In this document: positions 1-8,875 of the stretch, in pieces
Position numbering within the stretch: the first letter of the stretch is position 1
How the letters are laid out: each line of letters opens with the position of its first letter
Origin: Escherichia coli
Lineage (GTDB): Bacteria > Pseudomonadota > Gammaproteobacteria > Enterobacterales > Enterobacteriaceae
Assembly: GCF_022493555.1 (NCBI RefSeq)
Contig: NZ_CP028757.1
Strand: one strand, 5' to 3'
DNA length: 24,000 nucleotides
Notes under the pieces: generated by a model
What the model was told of the DNA's origin: nothing
Databases searched by the model: none
What the model saw: only the letters and a program-made list of their open reading frames with translations
Translations under genes and position numbers: made by a program

Positions 1-1007
1 TTCTGACCACGAACCGGGTTTACACCCGCATGCGGCTTACCGAGGTTACCGGTCAGCATCGCGAGGCTGGTCAGAGAACGCACGGTTTCCACGCCCTGGT
101 AGAACTGGGTTACACCCATGCCCCACAGGATGGCGGCGCTTTTCGCCTGGGCATACATCCGTGCCGCCTGACGAATCTCACTGGCGCTGACGCCGGTGAT
201 ATCTTCAACCGACTCCGGCGTGTAGCCTTCAACGATTTTACGATACTCTTCAAAGCCTTCTGTACGGGAAGCGACGAACGCTTTGTCGTACAGATTTTCT
301 TCAATAATGACATGGCCCATCGCATTCAACAGCGCGATGTTCGAGCCGTTTTTCAGTGCAATGTGCATGTCAGCAATGCGCGCGGTTTCAATTTTGCGCG
401 GATCGCAGACGATAATTTTCGCCCCGTTACGTTTAGCGTTAATTACGTGATTCGCCACGATTGGGTGGGAATCCGCCGGGTTGTACCCGAAAACGAACAC
501 TAAATCGGTATTATCAATTTCGTTAATAGCATTGCTCATTGCGCCATTACCGACCGATTGGTGCAGACCTGCAACCGATGGGCCGTGTCAGACACGAGCG
601 CAGCAGTCAACGTTATTGGTACCAATAACGGCGCGCGCAAATTTTTGCATTACATAGTTGGTTTCGTTACCCGTACCACGCGAGGAGCCGGTCGTCTGGA
701 TGGCATCCGGACCGTACTTCTCTTTGATGGCGCTCAGGCGCTCGGCAACGTAATTCAGTGCCTCATCCCAGGAAACAGGTTCGAGTTTGCCGCCACGCTG
801 GCGACGGATCATGGGGGTTTTCAGGCGCGGGGTCAGGATCTGGGTATCGTTAATGAAATCCCAGCCATAATAACCCTTCAGACACAGGGTACCCTGGTTG
901 GTTTTCCCCTGCGCTGCCTCCGCCCGGACGATTTTGCCGTTATCGACGACCAGGTTGATTTTGCAACCTGATGCGCAATAGGGGCAAACCGTGACGACTT
1001 TTTTCAT
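1..1007 (-). CDS. fdhF: Formate dehydrogenase H, selenocysteine-containing molybdoenzyme (first ~335 codons; gene runs off the window at position 1)
   Basis: ORF 588..1007 (MKKVVTVCPYCASGCKINL...NNVDCCARV) ends at TGA 588-590. Hand translation of the same minus-strand frame continues without a stop to position 1 (U-HGPSVAGLHQSVGNGAMSNAINEIDNTDLVFVFGYNPADSHPIVANHVINAKRNGAKIIVCDPRK...). There is an N-terminal CxxCxxxC Fe-S motif. The sequence matches my memory of FdhF with Sec at residue 140. Confidence 0.95.
549..590 (-). promoter_or_regulatory. UGA selenocysteine codon (588-590) followed by the SECIS stem-loop
   Basis: The minus-strand RNA after UGA reads CACGGCCCAUCGGUUGCAGGUCUGCACCAAUCGGUCGG. 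The apical part GGUUGCAGGUCUGCACC (560-576) pairs GGU/ACC and GCA/UGC, with one bulged U and a GGUC loop. This is the classical fdhF SECIS. Confidence 0.9.
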
Positions 1008-1057
1008 CGGTCTCGCTCCAGTTAATCAAATCACGCATACGCGCTCTCGACTACAGT

Positions 1058-1074
1058 ATGCATCTTTTATGCCA
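1058..1074 (-). promoter_or_regulatory. Sigma-54 (-24/-12) promoter of fdhF
   Basis: The minus strand reads TGGCATAAAAGATGCAT. It has GG and GC dinucleotides at the canonical spacing (TGGCA-N6-TGCA) about 50 nt upstream of the fdhF ATG at 1007. fdhF is an established sigma-54/FhlA-dependent gene. Confidence 0.8.
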
Positions 1075-1141
1075 CATTTTATTTGGGGTCATTCCCTGAT
1101 ATTACGGGCACTATTTATTCAAAACTCTGACGAAAAACAGG

Positions 1142-1172
1142 CTGTCGTCAGTTTTGACGTGACGAAACGAAA
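1142..1172 (-). promoter_or_regulatory. Candidate FhlA upstream activating sequence for fdhF
   Basis: Inverted half-sites TCGTCA (1145-1150) and TGACGA (1160-1165), plus an extra TGACG (1155-1159), sit about 100 nt upstream of the sigma-54 promoter. An enhancer-binding-protein site is expected at that distance. The assignment rests on position and symmetry only. Confidence 0.5.
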
Positions 1173-1174
1173 TA

Positions 1175-1196
1175 CCGCGTGACAGCCATCACGCGG
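1175..1196 (-). terminator. Hairpin downstream of mdtP, probable intrinsic terminator of the ytcA-mdtNOP operon
   Basis: An 8-bp perfect stem CCGCGTGA / TCACGCGG with a 6-nt loop starts 9 nt after the mdtP stop. On the minus-strand transcript it is followed by UAUUUCGUUUCG, a moderately U-rich tail. Confidence 0.55.
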
Positions 1197-1204
1197 CAGA
1201 CATT

Positions 1205-2671
1205 TTATTTTTTCTCGACGACGGGAGCCGCCTGATACCCGCCGCCCAGCGATTTCATCAACTGAATGCTTTGGATCACCCGGCGGCTGTCCAGCATCAG
1301 TAATGACATCTCTTCGGCAAGTACTGGCAACCGGGCTTCAGTGGCCTGTAAGCGGCTGGTTAAGCCGCGCTGATAGGCGGCCTCGGCAGCGCGCTGGGTG
1401 AAGCGCGTTGCTTCCACGCGTTCAGCCTGCATTTCTCGCTCGTCGTTGAGCGTTTGCAGACGCGTGCCGTTGACGGCAACGTCACGCACCGCGTTCAGTA
1501 CTGACTGGTTGTAACGTTCAATCATCATGTTGCTGGCGGCGCGCGTGCCTTCGAGATTGGCATTCAACCGTCCACCGTCAAACAGCGGCAATTTCAGACC
1601 CGGGATGAAGTTGAACTGGCGACTGGTTTTTTTGAATAAGGTATCCAGGTGGATGGCATCAAGGCCGAAAAACGCTTTGATATCAAAGCTCGGGTAGAAC
1701 AGCGCCCGCGCGGAATCCACCTGATCTAATGACGCCTGAACATACCAGCGCATGGCTTGCAGATCCGGGCGTCTGGCGAGCAACTCATAAGAGAGTGTCG
1801 CCGGAATGCCGGTCTGGACTCGTGGTAATGCCACCGGTTTGATCTCCGGCATATCGCTGGCCCCCGCGCCAATCAATGCACGCAGAGATTCTCGCGTTTC
1901 GGTGATTTGCCCTTTGACGGCAGCAATTTGTTTATCGACCGCCAGAATCTGTGCCCGCGCGCCGTGGAAAGGCACTTGTGCTTCCAGACCGTGCGCCACT
2001 TTACTCTGGTGCGCTTTCACCGCGTAATCAATCACATCGCGAGTTTGTTCTAACAGATCGAGCATCTGATAGCTGGCCTGCATACTGTAATAAAGCTGCG
2101 CTACGCCCGTGGTCAGCGATAGCTCTACTGCTGCGGTTTCTGCCAGCGCGGCATTATGCGCGCCAATGGCGGCGGCAACCGCTGAGCGATGCACACCCCA
2201 CAAATCAAGATCCAGTCCGGCAAACAAACCTACTGTGGCTTCCGTATAGTACGGCCCGTCCATACCCAGTGCGGGCGCATCCATCGCATAAGGGCTTAAA
2301 AAGCCGTTCGCCGAGACGCGTTGGCGGTTGAGCATCCCTAACGCTGCGACCTGTAATTGTGAACCGGCATCTAACAAATCGGCCTGGGACTGCGCTTTTT
2401 CTTCCCGCAGTTTCGCTTCGGCGAGGGTGTGTGAACCACTTAGCGTCCGTTGGATCAGCGCATCCAGCTGCGGGTCATTGAGTTGTTTCCACCACTGCGC
2501 CTGCGGCCAGCCGGAGCTGGCAAGATGAATATCGTCGGCCAGTTTGATTTGTTCCGGTTTGAGCTGTTGATGAGGTGCAGAATCCTTACGTACCAGGGCA
2601 CAGCCGGAAATCAGCGTCGTGCTGCCGAGAATGCTGCACAACAGCAGACGTGAAAGTTGACGATTGATCAT
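1205..2671 (-). CDS. mdtP: Outer-membrane factor lipoprotein of the MdtNOP efflux system (NodT/OMF family)
   Basis: 488-aa ORF with lipoprotein signal peptide and lipobox LISGC. The start overlaps the mdtO stop by 4 nt (ATGA). Recognised as E. coli MdtP (YjcP). Confidence 0.93.
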   Translation of the reverse strand: MINRQLSRLLLCSILGSTTLISGCALVRKDSAPHQQLKPEQIKLADDIHLASSGWPQAQWWKQLNDPQLDALIQRTLSGSHTLAEAKLREEKAQSQADLLDAGSQLQVAALGMLNRQRVSANGFLSPYAMDAPALGMDGPYYTEATVGLFAGLDLDLWGVHRSAVAAAIGAHNAALAETAAVELSLTTGVAQLYYSMQASYQMLDLLEQTRDVIDYAVKAHQSKVAHGLEAQVPFHGARAQILAVDKQIAAVKGQITETRESLRALIGAGASDMPEIKPVALPRVQTGIPATLSYELLARRPDLQAMRWYVQASLDQVDSARALFYPSFDIKAFFGLDAIHLDTLFKKTSRQFNFIPGLKLPLFDGGRLNANLEGTRAASNMMIERYNQSVLNAVRDVAVNGTRLQTLNDEREMQAERVEATRFTQRAAEAAYQRGLTSRLQATEARLPVLAEEMSLLMLDSRRVIQSIQLMKSLGGGYQAAPVVEKK

Positions 2672-4719
2672 TGCGTGGCTCCTTGTGCCTGTTCCGTGGC
2701 GGGCGTTAATGCCGGGGCTGTCCAGTCTGGCAAGCGGGCGAAAAGCTGGCAGACGTGTTGCTCCTGTTTTAATAAGGTGGGCAGGATGGCCTGCGAGGCG
2801 GGTGTCTCTTCAAGCGTTATTTGAGGAGAACGGCTGAGTGCGGTTGCCAGACCGGCAGCGTATTTCTCCAGGGCGTCGGCAAACTGAGCTGCTCTGTCCG
2901 GCTGTAGTGCGTTATCCAGCGCCTGCGCCGAGTTCCAGGTGGCATCCCAGGCGTGAAGAATATCGCGGCCCTGACGAATAACCGTTTGCGAACGTTCAAT
3001 CAGTAAGGCGCGTTCTTCGCTGTCCAGTTGACGCTCCAGCGCCACGCGTTGGCACATCTCTTCACAGGCATTAAACGCCGCATGCAGACCGATACGAATT
3101 TGCAGATAAGTGCGCAGAGCCGTGACTTCCTGCTGGCGTGGGATCCGCATTACTTTACTTAACATACCCAGCGTGCCAGCCAGTTTTTGCGGCAGTGTGC
3201 GCGCTTCACTTTCAGGCCAGACAAAGGTGTAAATCACCGCGGACACCACGGTACCAATGATGATACCCAGGGCGCGATCGCGAATTTCCACCAGGTCGTA
3301 CACTGGGCCAAAAACGTTTTCGAGCGTGGCGAGCGCGAAGGTGACCACCATCTGTGTGCCGATATAAGAAGAGCGTTCAGAGCTGGTGGCAATCCATGCG
3401 CCCAACAGGAAAATCGGTGCCAGCACAAACAGCAATTCGACAATATTGTCCAGCCAGGGCATGACCAGTAGCGTGAATAACAGCGCCAGAATCGCGCCGC
3501 AAAAGGCCCCGCCAAAACGCAGCACCATCTTCTGGTACGACGAACCGACATTTGGGTTAGCGACGATCACGCATGTCAGCATACAGGTGTGAATGCCTTC
3601 CCAGTCCACGCCGCTGTAAAAGGTGTAACAGATCAAACAGGCGAGCAGCGTTTTTACCGCGTAGCGCATATAGTCTGGATTGGTAAAAGCATCGGCGGCC
3701 ATTGATGGCGGTTTGGCTGCGGGCGTTGGCGGCGTATTCGGGTCCATCTGACCCAGTTGTAACAACGTCTGGCAGATATTCTCCAGGTTACATTCCCGTG
3801 CCGCCATCGCTTCACTTTCACTGATCCGCCAGTCGCTTTGCCAGCACTGACCTTCAGCAACGGCATGCTGCAGCTTATTGATTTCTGAGGCTAATTTTTG
3901 CCGAAATTCAATAATTGCCTGAGAATCAGCAAAAGAGGTGGGATCGTAGCGATTCAGCGTCGAGTAAATGTAGGTTACCGTTGCCACGCAGCTTTGCCAC
4001 CATGCGCTTTGAGTTCGCCAGTTGGCATCGTCCGCGAGACAAAAGACATTCAGTTTTTGCAGCGCCAGCGCCTCTCTTTCAATCCGCGTTTCGGGTAGCG
4101 GTGCGAGGCTGTCCGTCAGGTGGCTAATGGCATCATCAAGCCGATCATTAAGCGCCTGATGCATTTGCGAAATGGCACGACTGGGAAACCACAGCACGCC
4201 GATTAACGTCATCAGCAAGGTTGGATAGAGGCCAACAACGATACACCACAGCGTTAAGCGCACGACCACTTCCGGATAGTCGAGCATGGCGGGGAAGGTT
4301 TGCCCGTAAATGGCGACAATGGCGACGGCGAAAAAGACCAGTCCCAGCCGATGGGTGCGCATCAAAAACATACAGCCCATCAGGATCGGCCCGGCGATGA
4401 TCAATCGGATCAACGGTTCGCCGTATGACCATTTGTAGATCAAAAACAGGCTGCCGATCTCCAGCATCGTGGCGACCACAAATAAGATCGCGACAAATTT
4501 GGTGTAAAACGCGTTCGACTGAATACCGTAAAACAGCACTGCCAGCGATAACGCCACGAATGGGATCTCAAAGGTCATCGAGATCAGAATCACCAGCAGG
4601 CAGCCTACCCAGAGTTGCACGGTCTGCGGCACGCGGCCTGGTCGCCGCTCGCTTAACTCTTCATGAAAGAACGCCAGCAGCCTGACCACCGGTAATGGCA
4701 GGGAGTTGAGCGCGCTCAT
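2668..4719 (-). CDS. mdtO: Inner-membrane efflux component, AaeB-like aromatic acid exporter / FUSC (PET) family
   Basis: 683-aa ORF with two hydrophobic multi-helix blocks separated and followed by soluble regions, the typical AaeB/FusC architecture. Its ATG shares 1 nt with the mdtN stop (TAATG). Recognised as MdtO (YjcQ). Confidence 0.93.
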   Translation of the reverse strand: MSALNSLPLPVVRLLAFFHEELSERRPGRVPQTVQLWVGCLLVILISMTFEIPFVALSLAVLFYGIQSNAFYTKFVAILFVVATMLEIGSLFLIYKWSYGEPLIRLIIAGPILMGCMFLMRTHRLGLVFFAVAIVAIYGQTFPAMLDYPEVVVRLTLWCIVVGLYPTLLMTLIGVLWFPSRAISQMHQALNDRLDDAISHLTDSLAPLPETRIEREALALQKLNVFCLADDANWRTQSAWWQSCVATVTYIYSTLNRYDPTSFADSQAIIEFRQKLASEINKLQHAVAEGQCWQSDWRISESEAMAARECNLENICQTLLQLGQMDPNTPPTPAAKPPSMAADAFTNPDYMRYAVKTLLACLICYTFYSGVDWEGIHTCMLTCVIVANPNVGSSYQKMVLRFGGAFCGAILALLFTLLVMPWLDNIVELLFVLAPIFLLGAWIATSSERSSYIGTQMVVTFALATLENVFGPVYDLVEIRDRALGIIIGTVVSAVIYTFVWPESEARTLPQKLAGTLGMLSKVMRIPRQQEVTALRTYLQIRIGLHAAFNACEEMCQRVALERQLDSEERALLIERSQTVIRQGRDILHAWDATWNSAQALDNALQPDRAAQFADALEKYAAGLATALSRSPQITLEETPASQAILPTLLKQEQHVCQLFARLPDWTAPALTPATEQAQGATQ

Positions 4720-5750
4720 TATTGCGGCTCAAGATTAGCGACTGCCGAAGCGCCGATGCGGAACATTTCCGGGTCAGGTTTATCGACCATGATTTTGACC
4801 GGAAAACGCTGGGCAACGCGGACCCAGTTAATAGAGCGAGAAACTTTCGGCAGGCCGCCCAGCACCAGGCCGCCGTCATCCGGTAGCACGCCGTAGCCAA
4901 TCGAATCCACTTTACCCTCGAAGGTTTTGCCGCTGTCACTCATCAGGCGAATCGTTGCGGGTGTACCTGAGCGAATATTTTTCAGATCGGTTTCGCGGAA
5001 GTTGGCGATCACGTACCAGTGACGAGTGTCGATTAGGGTAAAAATAGGGCGCATGGCAGAAGCAAATTGCCCGACGGAGGTTTTGAGGGAAATGACCCGG
5101 CCATCAAACGGCGCGCGAACGGTCGCCATTTCCAGATGAAGTTTGGTCAGGGCAATATCCGCTTCGACCGCCGCACGTTGCGCCACCAGCGCATCGACGC
5201 CGCTGACGGCGCTGGCGGCTGACTGCGCCTGTAACAATACGGCATTAAGATCGGCTTCTGCGGCGCGCTGCGCAGTTCTTGCACGGTCAACGTCTTCCGC
5301 TGAGACAAAACCCTCTTTCAGTAATGGCTCGGTGCGGCGTAATGTATCTGTGGCCTGTTTCGCGGCGGCACGGGCTTTTTCTACCGTGGCATTAATCGAG
5401 TCGGCACCAAACTGTTGCGCATCAACGCTACGCTGGGTGAGCATAATTTGCTTATCCAGCGCCGCGAGGGAGGCTTCAGCTTTCGCCAGATTGGCTTCGT
5501 ACGGGCGCGGGTCAATGCGGAACAGCAAATCGCCCTGTTTGACTGCCTGGTTGTCGGTGACCGCCAGTTCTACAATGCGGCCGCTGACTTCCGGCACCAC
5601 ATCAATGGTATCTGCTGACGCGTAAGCGTCATTAGTTGATGGCGCACTGTCTACGCGCCAGATAACGAAAACAAGGGCAACCAGCGCCAATGCAACCACT
5701 AACAGAGCAGGGAATTTACTGCGAGGAGCTTTTTTCGGCGTACTTTCCAT
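4719..5750 (-). CDS. mdtN: Membrane fusion (periplasmic adaptor) protein, HlyD/AaeA family
   Basis: 343-aa ORF with one N-terminal TM helix (FPALLVVALALVALVFVIW), Ala/Gln-rich coiled-coil hairpin regions and beta-barrel segments. Recognised as MdtN (YjcR). Confidence 0.93.
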   Translation of the reverse strand: MESTPKKAPRSKFPALLVVALALVALVFVIWRVDSAPSTNDAYASADTIDVVPEVSGRIVELAVTDNQAVKQGDLLFRIDPRPYEANLAKAEASLAALDKQIMLTQRSVDAQQFGADSINATVEKARAAAKQATDTLRRTEPLLKEGFVSAEDVDRARTAQRAAEADLNAVLLQAQSAASAVSGVDALVAQRAAVEADIALTKLHLEMATVRAPFDGRVISLKTSVGQFASAMRPIFTLIDTRHWYVIANFRETDLKNIRSGTPATIRLMSDSGKTFEGKVDSIGYGVLPDDGGLVLGGLPKVSRSINWVRVAQRFPVKIMVDKPDPEMFRIGASAVANLEPQ

Positions 5751-5768
5751 GAGCGCGTCTCAAATAGA

Positions 5769-6044
5769 TTAGAAAAATGCCAGCCAGAACAGCATGGCGT
5801 AGAGAGCAAAAAGGGCGGTATAAATAATTCCGACAAATGCCAGATTGATATTTGCCCGCTGAATAACTCGCCTCGTGATGAGCATCAAAATAAGGCTGGC
5901 AATGGCGCAGAAAAACCAGCTGGGATAATAAGCACCGATCACCGGGATTGCCGGAGATAATGAGCATCCCGAAACCATGAAGACGGGAATTATCCAGGCT
6001 GTTTTTTTGAGTTGCATCGCCATGCGAGAGAGAACTGTTGGCAT
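5769..6044 (-). CDS. ytcA: Small membrane/lipoprotein-like protein, first gene of the mdtNOP operon (positional analogue of AaeX)
   Basis: The ORF track gives 107 aa from 6092. The remembered YtcA starts at the internal MPTVLSRMAMQLKK... (ATG 6042-6044, 91 aa). It has lipobox-like MVSGC and two hydrophobic helices. The start codon choice is uncertain. Confidence 0.7.
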   Translation of the reverse strand: MPTVLSRMAMQLKKTAWIIPVFMVSGCSLSPAIPVIGAYYPSWFFCAIASLILMLITRRVIQRANINLAFVGIIYTALFALYAMLFWLAFF

Positions 6045-6215
6045 ATTAAATACATCCTGTCTGCTGCGAACAATATCTGTAGTGAATATCAATATCCATT
6101 GAAGGCGTCAGTATGGCTATTTTCTCGATGAATAAAAATAGCTTTATTCAGCCACCGCATTCATAACTTATATATTTTATTTATTAATTGGCTGTATATA
6201 TTTTTAAAATAAATG

Positions 6216-6243
6216 CTTTTGGGGGCTTCAGCGCCCCCAAAAG
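6216..6243 (-). terminator. Strong GC hairpin after yjcS, symmetric and potentially bidirectional
   Basis: An 11-bp perfect stem CTTTTGGGGGC / GCCCCCAAAAG with loop TTCAGC lies 10 nt after the yjcS stop. A/T runs flank both sides, giving a U-tail on either strand. Confidence 0.8.
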
Positions 6244-6252
6244 CGAGTGACA

Positions 6253-8238
6253 TTAATTTGGGGTTACGATATTCACCCACAAATCGAAATTATCCAGACA
6301 GGCGATAATTTCTTCCAGTTTCGCGCCATTGCCAATAATTTTGGCTTTCTTCGCTTTTACCAGATCCGCCATTTTGGCTTGCCCGGTCAGCACGGCGTGC
6401 AGATCTTCACGGCTGATGTAGAAAGAGGCGTCAGCTTGGGATTGCAGTGTTTTACGGTAGTTAAGCACGCTATCGTTCAGCGTCAGGTTGAGGTTATCGC
6501 CATTGCTCATATTGAAGTTCAGGCTGATATTTTTACCCGCGGCTTTCGCGCTATCGAGGCGAACGGACATAAAGTCGAACAGCATTTCGACCGACATCCC
6601 GCGAATGGTGTCCGGGGAACCGGTGGTGCCGTGGCTGAACTTATGCACCCCTTCGCGCAGCTCTTTCGCGCCGGTCAGGTAGAAACCGCGCCAGGTGGCG
6701 GACTCGGCCTGATAGCCCAGCTGTTCAAAGTTATTCGCTTGCAGATTCTTCGCGACCTGGTCACCCGGGTTGGCGGCAATCACCTGTTTCAGCAGTTCTG
6801 CCGACCAGCGGTAATCACCTTGCTTGTTCGCTTCTTGCGCCAGGTTGATGACACGGGCAGAACCGCCCAGCGCCTGCACGTAACGTTTACCCATCTCCAC
6901 CTGACCATACGGATGCAGGTTAGCCGGGTTACCGTCGTAATAGCCAAGATAGAAGTTATACACCGCGCGGGCGTTGTGGCTGACAGAACCGTAATAGCCA
7001 CGGCTGGCCCAGTTATTGGCAAGTGCAGGCGGCAGTTTAATCATGTCGCCGATTTCATTCATGGTGTAGCCCTGGTTCGCCAGGTGCAGGGTCTGGTCGT
7101 GAATGTACTTGATAGTATCGCGATATTTACCAATATAATCATTGATATGCTTATTGCCCCAGACCGGCCAGGTGTGCGGCATAAACAGGACTTCCGCGTC
7201 GTTACCCCACATATCCAGCGTTTCGTTCAGATACTCGGTCCACTTGCTGGTGTCGCGGGTTTTCGCGCCGCGTAGAGTGTAGAAGTTGTGCAGGGTATGC
7301 GTGGCGTTCTCGGCGGTACACAGCGCTTTCAGGGCCGGAATATAGAAGTGCATTTCGGCTGGTGCTTCGCTACCTGGGGTCATCAGGAAGTCAAACTCCA
7401 GGCCGTCGATAATCATCTTCTCACCGGTTTTGGTGATGGTTTTGTTCGGTGCGATGATGCTCGGGTAGCCCGATGCCAGCGTTACGCCAAGACCATTGCC
7501 GATGTTACCCTGAGGGTTATGCGCCAGCAGCAGGCCGTAGGAGTAAAGTGCACGGCGGCTCATAATATTACCCGCCAGTACGTTTTCGCTGATGGCTTCG
7601 TCCATAAAGCCAGCAGGGGCGATAACCTGCACTTTACCGGATTTCACATCGGCTTCAGAGATAATGCCTTTCACGCCGCCATAGTGGTCGGTATGGCTGT
7701 GGGTATAAATAACCGCAACAATCGGTTTTTGCGGGCGATTTTGGAAGTAAAGGTCAAGGGCGGCTTTTGCGCTCGGTGGCGTCACCAGCGGGTCGATGAC
7801 AATAATCCCGGTATCACCTTCGATAAAGGTGATGTTGGAGATATCCTGACCGCGAACCTGGTACATTCTGTCGGTGACTTTAAACAAGCCGGAAATACCG
7901 TTTAACTGCGACTGACGCCACAGGCTAGGGTTAACGGTTTCGGGCGCGGGCGCATTGATATCAAATTTATAATCTTCCCCGCGATAATATGGTTTGCCAT
8001 TAGCATCGCGCAGAATACCTTCATCCAGCAGCGGAGCGATAAATCCACGCTGAGCGTCGTCAAAATCCTGACGATCGCTAAACGGTAATGATTTGGCGTA
8101 ATTCTGATTAACCTGTTGGGTATATTGAGTGGCGGCTTTCGCTTCATCTGTTGCGTAAGCGGTATTTACCATCATGCCGCTGGCGGCAGTTAACGCAATA
8201 ACAATTCTGCTCAAACGGAATAACCGAGAGTTATTCAT
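6253..8238 (-). CDS. yjcS: Secreted linear primary-alkylsulfatase (metallo-beta-lactamase fold, SdsA1-like)
   Basis: The ORF runs 6253..8250. I chose the ATG at 8238 ([29 protein letters not shown] signal peptide) because GGAG lies 7 nt upstream. MBL motif [10 protein letters not shown] is present, with a C-terminal SCP2-like tail. Recognised as YjcS. Confidence 0.9.
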   Translation of the reverse strand: MNNSRLFRLSRIVIALTAASGMMVNTAYATDEAKAATQYTQQVNQNYAKSLPFSDRQDFDDAQRGFIAPLLDEGILRDANGKPYYRGEDYKFDINAPAPETVNPSLWRQSQLNGISGLFKVTDRMYQVRGQDISNITFIEGDTGIIVIDPLVTPPSAKAALDLYFQNRPQKPIVAVIYTHSHTDHYGGVKGIISEADVKSGKVQVIAPAGFMDEAISENVLAGNIMSRRALYSYGLLLAHNPQGNIGNGLGVTLASGYPSIIAPNKTITKTGEKMIIDGLEFDFLMTPGSEAPAEMHFYIPALKALCTAENATHTLHNFYTLRGAKTRDTSKWTEYLNETLDMWGNDAEVLFMPHTWPVWGNKHINDYIGKYRDTIKYIHDQTLHLANQGYTMNEIGDMIKLPPALANNWASRGYYGSVSHNARAVYNFYLGYYDGNPANLHPYGQVEMGKRYVQALGGSARVINLAQEANKQGDYRWSAELLKQVIAANPGDQVAKNLQANNFEQLGYQAESATWRGFYLTGAKELREGVHKFSHGTTGSPDTIRGMSVEMLFDFMSVRLDSAKAAGKNISLNFNMSNGDNLNLTLNDSVLNYRKTLQSQADASFYISREDLHAVLTGQAKMADLVKAKKAKIIGNGAKLEEIIACLDNFDLWVNIVTPN

Positions 8239-8489
8239 ATAAATCTCCATTTATCATTTATGTCGTAAATATGTAATCCATGCAAAATACGTCATTTAAA
8301 GCTGGGGTTATCATAATTGGGAATTTGCGACTTTAATAAGTGGAAGTGTGAGCGGAACGATCCATTTTATTAGGCATTTGTGCTGAAGAGGAAAATTACG
8401 CGAATTTATTATCTCTGTAAATAATATGAGGTGTTTTATATATTTATTATATATATTGTACTTCGGCAAATACTGAGCACAATTTATCA

Positions 8490-8807
8490 ATGCAACCGGT
8501 GTTTCTTTTTAAAAAACGTACCGGAGCAATGGGCGGTCATGTCGCTGGCACCGCAGGATTCTGCGTTGCTGTGCCAGCCTTTTATTCATGGTCAATGAGT
8601 GAGGTGATTGATAAAGACACCAGGTCGTCAGAGCGCACTGATTATCCGCATTATGCCAGTGAAGTTGCACTGGCTTTTGGTTCACGAGTGGTTGGCCTCG
8701 AACTGGCAAAAATGATTGTGGATGCGTGGCTGGGCGCACAGTACGAAGGCGGTCGTCATCAACAACGCGTGGAGGCGATTACGGCAATAGAGCAGCGGAG
8801 AAATTGA
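8490..8807 (+). pseudogene. rpiB: Relic of ribose-5-phosphate isomerase B with an in-frame deletion of the catalytic core
   Basis: The 105-aa ORF contains EVIDKDTRSSERTDYPHYASEVALA fused directly to FGSRVVGLELAKMIVDAWLGAQYEGGRHQQRVEAITAIEQRRN. From memory, these are RpiB residues ~29-53 and the C-terminal ~43 residues. The CGTGVG active-site segment between them is missing. The first ~37 codons do not resemble MKKIAFGCDHVGF. Confidence 0.75.
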
Positions 8808-8875
8808 GATTCATCCACTACTTGCATGGATGAGTAATGATTAATGTGGATAGAGTTTCTTTTTGAGGTTGGCTA

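Noticed and set aside
30-971. Plus-strand ORFs 30..503 and 558..971, and minus-strand ORF 110..325
   Set aside because: They overlap fdhF in the wrong strand or frame. The fdhF frame, read through UGA, explains the whole region.
6247-7275. 342-aa plus-strand ORF
   Set aside because: It lies entirely antisense to yjcS, which has a signal peptide, an MBL motif and a good SD. The translation is a low-information V/I/R/Q/H/G-rich string with no recognisable motif and a GTG start without an SD. This is a typical shadow ORF created by the codon bias of the sense gene.
8811-8833. Hairpin TCATCCA-N9-TGGATGA after the rpiB relic as a terminator
   Set aside because: The stem is only 7 bp with a 9-nt loop and no U-tail, which is too weak to call.
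8239-8875. Whether the yjcS-yjdP gap is the edge of a genomic island or prophage
   Set aside because: It contains no integrase, IS fragment, tRNA or att-like direct repeats. The only content is AT-rich promoter-like DNA and the rpiB relic. Simple deletion is the more economical explanation.
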